A DNA stretch of 63,934 nt, filler included, from Octopus bimaculoides (Eukaryota): the NCBI RefSeq assembly GCF_001194135.2. It is 9 parts of 7 records of this genome, joined end to end, with 100 filler letters (N's around TTAATTAATTAA, not from the genome) between each part and the next. Parts side by side here need not be neighbours in the genome. Positions count along the whole stretch, not along the records: positions 30,692 to 50,574 come from NC_068981.1; positions 50,675 to 56,790 come from NC_068983.1; positions 56,891 to 59,690 come from NC_068995.1; positions 59,791 to 61,901 come from NC_068983.1; positions 62,002 to 63,934 come from NC_068987.1; 4 more parts are not named here. One strand, written 5' to 3'. The notes beneath the pieces were generated by a model, which was given only the letters and a program-made list of their open reading frames with translations, searched no databases and had not been told where the DNA came from. A program made the position numbers and the translations under genes. Below, in pieces: positions 49,758 to 62,385 of the stretch (the first letter of the stretch is position 1; every line of letters starts with the position of its first letter).

Positions 49758-49874
49758 TTAAAGTTTGGTAAATGCTGGAAAAAAACAAAACAAAACAAAA
49801 GTAACCGAACAACTTAAAAAATGCAAATAAAAAATATTGGTTGGCACAAGCCTTTACCAACTGTGTTGGTATAC

Positions 49875-49962
49875 CTTTTGAGGATGTTTCTTAGCTACTT
49901 GAGTGAGAGTTTGAACACAGGCACCAAGGAGGTCCAAAGGAGGAGCTGTTAGCCCAGAAAAT
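49875..49962 (-). CDS. NUP188: NUP188 internal exon (R)FSGLTAPPLDLLGACVQTLTQVAKKHPQK
   Basis: tag|A acceptor and AAG|gtatac donor, phase 2/0. Resembles human NUP188 LTTVISPPVDVIASCVNCLTVLAARNPAK (recalled). Confidence 0.85.
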
Positions 49963-50677
49963 CTAGCAAATACAGATAATAAAGTATTGTTAAAATATCA
50001 TTACCCAATGTATGTGTGGCTGATTTTTTGTAATCAAGTTGAATGTTTAAAACATTTAAATTGGAGTTCATCATCATTAAACTTATCAAAAACTTTCAAA
50101 ATGTAAATCAGACATAACAGAATGACAAATAATCATCTATTTTCCAAAGAAAATTTTTTTAAGCACTTAAATAATATATAACATATTTTGTTTGTTTGTT
50201 TGTTACAATTTTGTTATCTCCTATATAAAATACACCTGTGCGTGTGTGTATGTGTGTTTGCTTTTCACGCCAAAATGGCTGCGTGAATTGTGACCATACT
50301 TCAGATGCATGAATAATTTGACCTCGGATACCAATTAGGCTCTTCAGTTTATTTTTTCATTAAAAATAAATAATATTGCTTTATATATACGATTCACTTC
50401 TTTAAACAGGCTTCTCAATGTCAACTTCCAGTATTGATGTAGCAATGTTTTCATTTCAAGTTTTAATTTGATATTTGCAAAAAACTACAATAAATTACTG
50501 AAAGAAATATTTACTAAGTTCACAAATTTCGCTTGAATCTGCTCACTTTGTTCATTTTTATAAAAAGTTTTGGTNNNNNNNNNNNNNNNNNNNNNNNNNN
50601 NNNNNNNNNNNNNNNNNNTTAATTAATTAANNNNNNNNNNNNNNNNNNNNNNNNNNNNNNNNNNNNNNNNNNNNAAT

Positions 50678-50998
50678 ATAGGAGCACTCTGTCGCTTACG
50701 ACGACGAGGGTCCCAGCTGATCCGGTCAACGGAACAGCTTGCTCGTGAAATTAATGTGGAAGTGACTGAGCAATCCAGAGACACGTGTACCCCTAACGTA
50801 GATCTCAGGGAGACTCACCGTGACACAGATTATGACAAGGACGGCCCTTTGCAATACAGGTCCTACTCATTTTTGCCAGCTGAGTGAACTGGAGCAACGT
50901 GGAATAAAGTGTTTTGCTCAAGGACACAACGCGTCGCTGGGAATCGAACTCACGACCTTACGATCATGAGCCTAACTACTAAGCCACGCGCCTTCACA
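50678..50998 (-). mobile_element. tRNA-derived SINE (family 2), near full length
   Basis: Reverse complement GGCGCGTGGCTTAGTAGTTAGG..GAGTTCGATTCCC. Body matches 30262-30565. Confidence 0.82.
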
Positions 50999-51019
50999 TA
51001 TATTCAATACACACACACA

Positions 51020-51064
<45 letters not shown>

Positions 51065-51229
51065 GTGTATGTATGCTTTGTTAATATATAAATATCTATA
51101 TATTTATACATGAATATTCATCGTCTGAGTCTTATGAGTTTTTGTTTTTCCCTATTTGACATTCACTAACATAACCAAGTGCTCCGATAATTATTGTGAA
51201 TCTAAAATAAGGAGAGAGAGAGAGAGAGA

Positions 51230-51450
51230 GAAGTCTCAGGTTTCGAAAGTCTTTCTCACTGATTCTGAAAGCAATTTTCTGATCTGCAGAACTACTAAAC
51301 ATGATTTTTTTTTGCTTTTCCGTCCCAGACGTTTGTTATGTCCACACGTTGTAAACCTTCTGATGGGAATGTTCCATCAATATTCCTTATGTTCATATGT
51401 TTCAATACCTTCAATAACAGAGGTGTTGTCTATATTTATCCTTGGCAGTC
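51230..51450 (-). mobile_element. Degenerate relative of the 51771-52680 RLE domain
   Basis: 51361-51385 (tgatgggaatgttccatcaatattcc) matches 52242-52267. Confidence 0.4.
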
Positions 51451-51770
51451 TTTGTTCTAGGCTAAAATGACATACGATGATATACAATGCGGACGGCCAT
51501 TGTATATCGTTTAGAAACGACATCGTTTCGCAATGGGAGTTGATACATTGCTAACACAGGAATAACGTCTTCCACAGAAGAATGACATTATCGACATCTT
51601 CCGTTGCATCTTGAGAGTTTTACGGCTTCACTGTCTCTTTTGTTCATTAGGCATTTTGCAGCTATTTCCTACTCCTGGGTTACAAAAATATAACCTTCGA
51701 AATGTAACGTGATGTAACGGTCACGAGTCCAATAGGGGTTACACTTCATGTCAATAGTATGTATGTATGT

Positions 51771-52680
51771 CTCTTCTATTTTTTAATTATGATAAATCTT
51801 CCACTGAGGAGGGAGCCGGTTTCCAACAAAGATACAAGGCTCCATTTTTGGGATGTAGTTGTTAACACAGACAAATTCACATTTGGAACTTGAGAAAAGT
51901 CTTGCATATTTTTACTGTTCCACTCACATATTGCACTTATAATGTACGAATCAGCCGGTCAATTTCTCTTTCTGAATATCCCAGTTTATCCAGATTCTCC
52001 TTTAAGCATTTACTTATAAAACCTAGCGCTCCAATTATTTTTGGTATGAATATGAATTCATAGTCTAGATATAGAAGCTGGAGATTTCGAAGCAGTTGTC
52101 CATAGATATCCACGTTTTCATTGATTTTCAAAGAGATATTTATATCTGCAGGCCAGCTGACCTCTATGATGGTACATACCTTTACCCCTCTGTCCCAAAC
52201 AACAATATCCGGCCTGTTATTTTTACATTTGACACAAGTTTTGATGGGAATATTCCACCAGTATTCCTTGAGTTGGTATTTATTAATGTATTCCATAAAA
52301 GAGGGAATTTCTAAGTTTATTTCAGGGCAGTCTTTCTTATAGATGGTATTGTAAATTGTTTTAGCGACAACATCGTGCCGCATAGGTAGGTAGTACCGTG
52401 ATGACATTTTAGGACAGTTGCTAATCACATGCGTGATGTCATCTACAGAAACCTGACATAGCCTATACATGCAATTGCATCTTGGGATTACAATCGGGTT
52501 ATGTCTCTCTTGTTCACCAGGTACTTTGTGGCAATCTCCTGTTCATGGATTTCAAACGCATAGCCTTCGAAGAGTGATGTGATGTAGTGGTCTTGTGTCC
52601 AAGAGAGACTGCGCTTCGTGTCATTTCTATTGTCTTCTTCAAGCTTCCGGGCAACATACCCATGCAGGCCTCTACTACCT
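51771..52680 (-). mobile_element. 5'-truncated RLE-bearing non-LTR retrotransposon flanked by (TACA)n
   Basis: FEGYAFEIHEQEIATKYL, xRLC..ITHVISNC, RHD, NNRPDIVVWD and IIGALG motifs. (TATG)n at about 51758-51770 and 52681-52708. Confidence 0.8.
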
Positions 52681-52877
52681 GTATGTATGTATGTATGTAT
52701 GTATGTATGAATGAATGTATACATGTATGTATATATACACATATACATACATTATATATNNNNNNNNNNNNNNNNNNNNNNNNNNNNNNNNNNNNNNNNN
52801 NNNNNNNNNNNNNNNNGAGAGAGAGTTCGTATTTGTATTTGGTTTGCAAGATTCTTGGTGTGAATTCGTGCGTTGAA

Positions 52878-53883
52878 AGTTCCTGTGTGTTTGTGTACGT
52901 GTGTACTTCTGTATGCATGTTTCTGTGTGTGATTGTATGTGTGTTTATGTGTGAGCGTGAGAGCATTTGTGGGCGTCTGTGTCCTTGTTTGTCTTTGCAT
53001 GTGTGTATGTATGCGTGCGTGCGTGCATGCACGTGTGTGTGTGTGTGTCCGTGTCCGTTTCTATGTGTGTGTGCTTATGTGTGTATGCGTGTGTACGTCC
53101 ACTGGTCTTTGTAAGGCCTCTACCTAGTGAGAGTATTTACTATTCAAAACCGGTCGTGTTTCTTTTATGAAGACCGACTCTCGTATCTGCCGTAGCGATG
53201 CGTCGTCCGGGTGTCTAGACAGGATTTCTATGCTAATTCGGTTCAGCACACCACCATGTTGTTCTTTGGCATGCTGGGATAGTATCGAGATTTGTCTTTG
53301 ATCCCTGTATTCCCTTCAATGTTCATTTATACGTCCGGCTAAACTTCTCGCCGTTTCACTTATGTATGCAGTCTTCCAAGCTTCTCGCTGTTTCACCTGC
53401 ATATGCAGTCTTCCGGAAGACTGCATACATAAGTGAAANNNNNNNNNNNNNNNNNNNNNNNNNNNNNNNNNNNNNGAAACGGCGAGAAGTTTAGCCGGAC
53501 GTATAAATGAACATTGAAGGGAATACAGGGATCAAAGACAAATCTTGATCCTCTATCAACATGCCAAAGAACAACATGGTGGTGTGCTGAACCGAATTAG
53601 CATAGAAATCCTGTCTAGACACCCGGACGACGCATCGCTACGGCAGATACGAGAGTCGGTCCTGGTAAACGAAACACGACCGGTTTTGAATAGTAAATAC
53701 TCTCACTAGGTAGAGGCCTTACAAAGACCCGTGGACGCACACATACACACGTACGCACACACACTCGAACGGACACACACACACATGCAAAGACAAACAA
53801 GAACACAGACATGCTCTCACGCCCACACGGACACACGGAAACATGCACACAGAAGTACACACGTACAGAAACACGCAGGAACT
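52878..53883. mobile_element. Head-to-head fold-back pair of Penelope-like GIY-YIG 3' fragments
   Basis: The right arm reads YISETARSLAGRINEH*..HAKEQHGG..EILSRHPDDASLRQIRESVLVNETRPVLNSK, stop at 53707-53709. The left arm is the inverted copy. Axis at 53414/53415. Confidence 0.78.
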
Positions 53884-54748
53884 CATACACATATGAATGC
53901 AAACACATACACACAAGCACACACAGACGCACACGCACACGCACACATAAAGACACACTGAGACAGATACACACACTCATACACACACGTACATGCAAAC
54001 ACAGGTACACACGCTCGTACACACATGCCCATCCCCATACACACATGGACACGCGCACGCATGCGCATGCTCATATTCACGCACAGACAGATATCAATTT
54101 ATTCAACGTTTATCAAACAAAGAAGACGGTCTTTGAGAGAAACGTTACATGTATGAAGGTGTGCGTTTGCGAAGGAAACAAAGAGAAAACCAAAACCGCG
54201 ATCTCATGTATATGAAAAAGGACATAGTGAGTATTTGAAAAAAACACACACACACACACACACTCATATACGAATGCACACACTTATGTATAAACACACA
54301 CACACACTCATATACGAATGCACACACTTATGTATAAACACACACATGTAGACATACACACACTCGCATACTCATCTCAGACAGATCTCGGACAAATCCC
54401 AACGCTGGAACGTAAGTTTAAAAAAAATGGAGAAATGGAAGTGGAGAGACGTGTCACTGGAGAGATTGCAACAATGCGATGAAATAATTATATGACAAAA
54501 AAAAAAGAAAGAAAGAAATGACAGCACTAACAATACTGAACATTTGAACGATTAACTCTTTTGGCCAAAGTGTTTAACATATGAGTTTGAAAGACTAGCA
54601 AAAAACGGCTGATCGATAAATTGGTTAACGGTGTAACTAACCCTTTAACTAACAATGACAATAAAAGGATCGAACCAGTGCGTGTGTTTATTATTACCGA
54701 CATAATGCCCTCCCAAGGTTCAGCAGTATATATATATATATGTACACA

Positions 54749-54880
54749 CATGAGGTTTGATCAATAAGTATCCGGACTGTTACCATAATAACGAAGCTAA
54801 AGCACACAGAGTAAAGCGGCTTGGCACAAATTGACCTTGAACTTCGCTGTGCATGCGCACTAAGTTTTAATTTTCTAGTT
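54749..54880 (+). mobile_element. Mariner 5' terminal fragment
   Basis: GAGGTTTGATCAATAAGTATCCGGACTG resembles a mariner TIR (recalled). No partner TIR found. Confidence 0.45.
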
Positions 54881-54929
54881 AAATATAGTGTGACATTGTG
54901 AAATTTGGAAAAAAAAAATTGCAATTGAA

Positions 54930-56150
54930 TATGATCTCAGAACTGATCAAATTTATAATGCTGATAAACAGGAAAGTGGTGGGGCTTCTGAATGTGTTTG
55001 GCCACGAAAACTTTGGCTAGAACCCAAGAGCAAAATAAAACGGGTTAAGCATAATAAAGAGAGATTAGCCCTTTCTTCAGGTCAGCATCAAATAGGCGTT
55101 TCGTGATGGGTAAACATAAATGCCATAGGCCTTTAATGGAATTGTGCACTTACCAGTGATCTAAAAAAGACCTAAGAGTGTTTGGATGAGCAAGACATAT
55201 TTCCCGACTGCTTCGTTCAAAATTTTGTTCCGTCACTTCATCAGAATTTTAGGATAATGGGAAAGTCTGTAAATGCAAAGTACCTAATATTTCTTGACAG
55301 CTATGAGACCCATCAGCATGAACCAAAATATGTTTGATTGCAGGAATAATTATACATGCTGCATGACACCAAATGCAGCGTCATTGATTCAACCCCTGGA
55401 TCAAGAAGTCATTAAGAAGTTTAAATGTCACGATTAAAGCGATTTTATGATTAAAATGGCAAATATAAATGTCACCTCTACAGAATTTCAACGCAGTTTT
55501 ACGATTAAATATGCAGTATCTTCATTCGTTACTGCATGGGATGCAGACAAGCTTAAAACAATTTTAAGAGCGTGACGAAAGTTATAGCCAAGCGTGTTGC
55601 TCGCAGATATAGAGCGTGATCAAGACAAAGATATGACGGATTCTAAATAAAGTAGTGCAAGTACTAATGGATATTATTTAATTATCTCTATCAATGTTTA
55701 CTTCACGCTGCTGACATTGAAGAATAGATACGCACTGAATATGATTCTGAAGTTGCAACCATTTTCACTGATCAAGAATTCGTTTAAAGCATTACAGTTC
55801 CTGATAAGAAAGAACAGAATTATTCAGAAGTAACTGGTGAAGCAGACGATAAAGTTGAAGAAAAGATATCTTAAGGCCACTGCAGAAAAATGCATTGAAA
55901 CGGTTATTATATTTGTATAACAGAACCGTAGCTTTATTCTTCAAGTCGTTATGCAATGCGTACATGATGTAGAATAATCTTATCAGAAATAAATTAATAC
56001 CATAAACATAGTGATATACAAAAGTATTTAAAGAAAGCAATAAAAGCGTCCAAGCAATGCAGCAGATGAAGTAGAAACTACAAGTCTTCTATACACAAGC
56101 AGTGCAGCAGACGATACAGAAGACATCGGAATGAACAAATAAATATATAT
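54930..56150 (+). pseudogene. pogo/Tigger-like DDE transposase relic
   Basis: DQIYNAD, PNAASLIQPLDQEVIKKFKCH and TAWD..ILRA*RKL motifs, with many stops. Confidence 0.72.
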
Positions 56151-56654
56151 TTTTTATACCTTGCTTTGTACTTTGTATTTTGTATGAAAATGTTTCGTTA
56201 TTAAATTAAAAATAAATAATTTACATAAAATAATTTCAACTTTCATTTGTTCACTGAATTTTTTTCATTTAAAATGTTCATTTTTAAACGTTATTTCATG
56301 CATTACACAACCTTTTATTCATTTATTTATTTATTGTAGTGAAAAATGTTTGCGTACATTTTTCTGTAGTGGGGATATTATTTGTCTTTAAAACTACTCA
56401 TTTTAATAAATGACGCATAATGTGTTGACCGAGGAATAAACTATCAACCTCTACCAGGTCACCTCTTTTCTTTTCCTCATCTCATCTGACTTTTAAAAGT
56501 ACTGCAAGAAAATCTAGAAAGTTCGAACCGACTCGTTCTCTGAGTAATCTATATTTTTGGACTGTATGAATATATAAATTTATACACATAAATATGTATA
56601 TATGTATGTATGTATTTAAATATATATATGATAGATTGCTAGCTAATAAACCTT

Positions 56655-56790
56655 TTAAATTTTCTCTCCCTGTTTATTTCTGTGTTCCTTTCTGTCGAAG
56701 AGCGTAGACTCGAAACGTAAAAGACTTTCTCACTTCCCGAGCGTTAAACTAATACGTCTGTTTGTTGTTTACACACCCGTCTTCGTCTAT
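56655..56790 (+). mobile_element. Second copy of the probable PLE terminal repeat with a hammerhead-like motif
   Basis: Near-identical to 9755-9895. Confidence 0.55.
56688..56723 (+). ncRNA. Candidate atypical minimal hammerhead, copy 2
   Basis: CUUU CUGUCGAA GAG-cguaga-CUC GAAAC GU A AAAG. Confidence 0.33.
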
Positions 56791-57302
56791 NNNNNNNNNN
56801 NNNNNNNNNNNNNNNNNNNNNNNNNNNNNNNNNNTTAATTAATTAANNNNNNNNNNNNNNNNNNNNNNNNNNNNNNNNNNNNNNNNNNNNGTGTGTGTGT
56901 GTGTGTGTGCCAGCCGCTAAAGAGAAGCAGATGTGGAACATCCTTTAAACATATAAATACCGGGTAAAAATGGAAGAAACACGAGTGCGAGGAGAGAAAA
57001 GTACAGAAGAGTTGGGATGAAGGTGGGGAGGAAGAATAAGTGGAGGGGGGGGGGGGTAGAAGAATGGAGAAAGATGTTGAGAAAGGGGTTTGTGTGGGAG
57101 TAGGAAGAGGAGTGGTGAGAGATGCAGAACCAGGGTATACCTCATGTTTCTCAAAGCCGTCCATATCTCCCTCTCTATCTCTCCCTTTCTCTCTCTCTCT
57201 CTCTCGTTGTAGATAGATAGATAGATGTGTATGTGCATGTAGGTATATATATATGTGTATAATTCTGTATACATCTACACAGACATTAGTATATGTGTGT
57301 GT

Positions 57303-57358
57303 GAAGGCGCGTGGCTTTGTCGTGAGGATATTCGTTAAATCGTGAGTTCGATTCCTGA

Positions 57359-57360
<2 letters not shown>
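57303..57360 (+). mobile_element. Head-only fragment of SINE family 2
   Basis: GAAGGCGCGTGGCTTTG..GAGTTCGATTCC, followed by (GT)n. Confidence 0.55.
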
Positions 57361-57412
<52 letters not shown>

Positions 57413-59647
57413 TCACTCGTATAAATCTGAGTCAATAAGTGCTCAATAGAACACCTTCTCTAAGTGCTGTTGATGTTGTGTGCTTGTGTGTGTGATCAGG
57501 TTATTGCGAGCAATGCATTGCAAGCCACATCAATACTGTAGTATTCAAATAGATGTAGAATCGCAAAATTGATCTCAAGATTTGTATAATTATTAATTTA
57601 TGAAATTTCCTAAATCCCACACACAAAAAAATTGTCGTTTGAAAATTCATGCAAAAATAAATATTCAAACCATTGTTTCGTATTCTTTCAATATATCCAG
57701 TGTATAGCGTATAAACAGGTTACAACACACCCCACGAATGTGAATGGTATCTGCAGTCCGGTACGGGAACCATGTTAAGCCTTGTACATATGTGGATTAA
57801 TGAGGGACTTAAAACCTAAATCGAAATTATATACACAACACATGTAAAGGAACTTCAATGGTTTTATCTTAAATATTGTGAAAACGTTTGATTCAATTCT
57901 TTTTATCTTCTCTTTGTGAATTGCTTCATAAATGGCCGATTAGATTGCATTTTACCTTCTGACTTGCATCTCCATTTTTCAACAGTCTTCAAATATTAAA
58001 TAATTTCTTATTTGAGGGATCTTTCGTTGCTGTTAAATCGTCATTTGTTCAGCTGTTGTCATCACTCTCGACAGAATACAATATTAATTGCTATCTTCGA
58101 TCGGACGTGGATGCTTGATCCGGTTGCTTAAAAGATGTGTGTTACGAACTTGGAGCTCAAGATGGAGCTGGTATATACGGCTTATATATCGATATACATA
58201 TATATCGATATACATATATACATATATATATATGCATGTATATGGATATGTATATGTATGTATGTATAACATATACATATATATACATGCATATATAGAT
58301 ATTCATATATATGTATGTGTGCGTGTTTGCATGTATGTATGTACGTATGTATACAATATCTGAGTGCTGGCTGGTTGATCTGGATTGCCTGATTGTGTAA
58401 CGTGTAATGCAATACTTGTTAGCACTAACTAATGCATAACACCATAAATAGAAATGAATCATAGATACGATATATGCATCAACACATACATATGTACACG
58501 CACATATCCGTGCTTACTATATGTATTTACTTATATATATATATATAGATAGATATATATATATATATATATACATATATATAGGCTATGGCGTTCTTCT
58601 GCCTTGTGTGATTTTGGGAAACCTTTAGGTTCTTATATACTCTTTCTACATCAATTTAATCAGGAGTATCTTTTGTCTTCAGTATAACTCCTGATGTCTC
58701 TATTTTTTTAATTCAGCAGGTCAACCTAACAAAACATACTTAAGAATTAATTACTCTACAAACTGCTTTCTATTAACGTGTTACGATAATCATAGGTTTC
58801 ATCACTTTCATGCTTCCATACATATTTGCTATCAATCAGGTTGGTTATCTTTCGTAGAACCTTTATCTACAGATTTACACGATAAGCTTTCACCCTTTAG
58901 TCGTTCCTTTTGGTACATAGCTGTGAAAATCTTCTTCACTCCAGATTTCTAAATATCTCCAGTCGGAGCCTTTCATAGAACCTCAGGTTACGTTTTTACG
59001 AAAATCTAAAGTCTGTCATTTTCACGGTGTCTTTAGATAAACAAGACCACCACTTTGTATGATTCCTAAAAATAACAACGCTCACCCTCATTTCTCTCAC
59101 CCTGTCTTCAGAAAAAGAAAGACCACTGGACTATACAGTCGTCAACACACTCAGATGCGCGTGTCACAAGAAATGGTTTCATGCTCTCATTGGTTTGTTT
59201 GTTTGTGACGTAATAGTAATCAGCAGCAGCTGCGAAAAGCACAACAACAACAAAAGTAAAAGATAACATAAAAATGAAGAGGTTGCAAGACGCAACGAAT
59301 TTTTTTTTCTTTTTAAGTGAGTGGAAATCGAACCAGTGAGTGTGTTAAGTAATAAAGAGCTATAGGAGAATGACCCTCCCCAGACACAATAAAACATAAC
59401 AATGATTTTACTTTTAAATAATATTTCTACCGAATATCACCAAATTAATTTCATGTTGTAAAGTTTGATGGGAGCAGAAAACATATATATGTGTGTGTGT
59501 GAGCGTGTTTGTGTGTGATCGAACAAACAGGAAGAGAGAACTCTGTGCATGAGTATATATGCATACGTAACTATTAATTCTAATTGGCAGGAATTACGAA
59601 GTGACTCAAGGGCCGAGAGTTTCGTAGATGACTGAAGTCGATTTGAG

Positions 59648-59690
<43 letters not shown>

Positions 59691-60204
59691 NNNNNNNNNN
59701 NNNNNNNNNNNNNNNNNNNNNNNNNNNNNNNNNNTTAATTAATTAANNNNNNNNNNNNNNNNNNNNNNNNNNNNNNNNNNNNNNNNNNNNTGGCATCGAC
59801 CACGTTCGGATGGTGCTTTTTACGTGTCACCGGCATGGGAAGCCAGTCAGGCGGCACTGGCAACGACCCACGCATGAATGGTGCTTATTGCGTGTCACCA
59901 GCACGAGAGCCAGTCAGGCGGCACTGGCATCGACTACAAATACAATTTCCATTTGATTGTGATTTGATTTCTCCTGAAGATTTAAGATCTATGGAAACCA
60001 TATTTGAGGACACAGATTAAAGAAGATAGCGCTTTGAGATATTAACAGTGAAAGTGATAGGTTAATAGTTGGCATGTTTGCTAAAATTATATTTGAAGTG
60101 GTTTATGTGATCAGAAATATAATTTCCAGGTGTTCGTGTTGTCATAATGAGGAACTAATCAATGACTTTGCGATTAAAAAGGGGAAGAAATAACTTTTCA
60201 AACA

Positions 60205-60480
60205 TAAAGTTTATTATTTCTTTATTGCCCACAAGGGGCTAAACATAGAGAGGACAAACAAGAACAGACAAAGGAATTAAGTCGATTACATCAACCCCAG
60301 TGCGTCACTGGGATCGATTACATCGACCCCAGTGCGTAACTGGTACTTAATTTATCGACCCCCGAAAGGACGAAAGGCAAAGTCGACCTCGGCGGAATTT
60401 GAACTCAGAACGTAACGGCAGACGAAATACTACTAAGCATTTCGCCCGGCGTGCTAACGTTTCTACCAGCTCACCGCCTT
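60205..60480 (-). mobile_element. SINE family 4 (OK-like), full length
   Basis: Reverse complement AAGGCGGTGAGCTGGTAGAAACGTTAGCACGCCGGG..GAGTTCAAATTCCGCCGAGGTCGACTTTGCC. Other copies at about 2826-3010, 3395-3595, 3605-3750, 4985-5170, 26768-26985, 27620-27765, 43130-43255, 43714-43905 and 61452-61665. Confidence 0.8.
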
Positions 60481-60637
60481 AAACATAAAATGGAAGTATA
60501 CAAAAATAAACATTATGGTTCTTTATTGTTTATGATTTGGTTTACATATATATGGGGACATCACTTTTTGAAGTGCTTGGGGCCTCTAAGGGTCTTAATC
60601 CAGCCCTGACCAGAAACAACAAGAAGAAGCTTTTACT

Positions 60638-60650
<13 letters not shown>

Positions 60651-60688
<38 letters not shown>

Positions 60689-61015
60689 GTTTAACGTCCG
60701 TTTCCATGCTGGCAAGGGTTGGACTGAGGACTGGCAAGCCAGGAGACTGCACCAGGCTCCAATCTGATCTGGCAATGTTTCTACAGTTGATGCCCTTCCT
60801 AACGCCAACCACTCCGAGAGTGTAGTGGGTGCTTTTTCATGCCACCGATACAGAAGCCAGCCAGGGCGCCCTGGCATCGATCACGTTCAGATAATGCTTT
60901 TTACGTGCCACTGATTCGGGAGCCAGTCAGGGGGCACAGGTATCGACCACGTTTGAATGCATTTTACATGCCACCAGCACCGGAGCCAGTCAGGAGGTAT
61001 TGGCACCAAGACAAA
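60651..61015 (-). mobile_element. RTE-tail element with tandem units and a long (GAT)n tail
   Basis: Homologous to 31205-31440 and 28636-29000. Confidence 0.7.
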
Positions 61016-61276
61016 AATCAAGAACAGTTTTTAGTCACTTTTTACGTCTGCTTTTCCATGCTTGCAAGGGTTAGGAGAGTTATTGAAACATTGCTTTTAC
61101 AATTAGGTATCCTTCCAGTTGCTAACCTTTGTTTTTCTCTTATTCCACACATTTTCAAGGGCATGAAAAGAGCAGAGGATTTACTGACAAGTAAAGGGAC
61201 AACAAACAACAACTCTCACAAGATGTTACTCACTAGTTGACTCTACCAGCTCGCTGTAATAACAATAATAATAATA

Positions 61277-61441
61277 TCATGTGCTGTTTATCTTGTGATA
61301 TGAGATCACCACGTCACACACATATGGTTGTGATTCATGTGCCTCGTGTACCCTTATCAGACGGATAGTCATGAGGGGTATATAGGGCTTCGTACATGTG
61401 AACCCAGTGTCACTTTGATGGCATGCGCTGATCTCTCACTC
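61277..61441 (+). mobile_element. (AAT)n-flanked element, 5'-truncated copy 3
   Basis: Matches the 3' 165 bp of copy 1. AAT repeats on both sides. Confidence 0.75.
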
Positions 61442-61689
61442 AATAATAATAATCCTTTCTACTAAAAACACAAGGCCTGAAACTTTGAGGGAGGAGTCTA
61501 GTCAATTACATCAACCCCAGTGTATCACTGGTACTTAATTTATTGATCCCAAAAGGATGAAGGGCAAAAATCAACCTTGGCGGAATTTGAACTCAGACAT
61601 AGTGGCAGATGAAATACCGCTAAGCATTTCGTCCGGCGTTCTAACGATTCTGCCTGCTTACCGCCTTAATAATAATAATAATAATAATG

Positions 61690-61745
<56 letters not shown>

Positions 61746-61750
<5 letters not shown>

Positions 61751-61901
61751 CCACAGATCTTAGAATGGACCACAGATTATATCTCCCAAAAATCAAAATA
61801 GACTATAAAACAACATCAATAATAAATAGCATAAACCTGGCCGTCACGGAACTAACAACCACAGAAAAAACAGGCAATATCACTGAGCTAAATGACATGA
61901 T
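61746..61901 (+). mobile_element. Probable Dong-type pre-RT fragment after a long (AAT)n
   Basis: RLYLPKIKID..IINSINLAV..NITELNDM resembles the R4/Dong region upstream of RT. Cut by a gap. Confidence 0.45.
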
Positions 61902-62001
61902 NNNNNNNNNNNNNNNNNNNNNNNNNNNNNNNNNNNNNNNNNNNNTTAATTAATTAANNNNNNNNNNNNNNNNNNNNNNNNNNNNNNNNNNNNNNNNNNN
62001 N

Positions 62002-62385
62002 GTGAGAGAGAAGAGAGTGGGAGAGAAGAGAGTGAGAGAGAAGAGAGTGAGAGAGAGGGAAGAGGGGTATGGGGGGAGAAAGAGAGAAAGAGAAAGAGTG
62101 AGAGAGAGGGAAAGAGAGAAGAGAGTGAGAGAGTAAGGGTGAGAGAGTAAGAGTGTAGAGAGTAAGAGTGAGAGAGGGGGGAGTACGAGAGAAGAGAGTG
62201 AGAGAGAGTAAGAGAGAGGAGAGAAAGAGTAGGGGTGAAGAGAAGTGGGAGTGAAGAGAAGTAGGAAGAGAAGTTGGAGTGAAGAGAAGTAGGAGTGAAA
62301 GAAGTAGGAAGAGAAGTGGGAGTGAAGTAGGAGTGAAGAGAAGTAGGAATGAAGAGAAGTAGGAAGAGAAGTAGGAGTGAATAGA
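62002..62385. repeat. Purine-rich (GA)/GAAGAGAAGTAGGAGT degenerate minisatellite
   Basis: Visible periodicity of 15-20 bp. Confidence 0.8.

Noticed and set aside
57956-57975. MEMQVR-AG|gtaaaa on the minus strand as NUP188 exon 1
   Set aside because: It is too short to support, and about 600 aa of intervening exons would have to be hidden in gaps.
59190-59325. Promoter-like cluster (ATTGG, TGACGTAA, short ORF, aa|gtgagt donor)
   Set aside because: The motifs are short and common, and there is no linked downstream exon.
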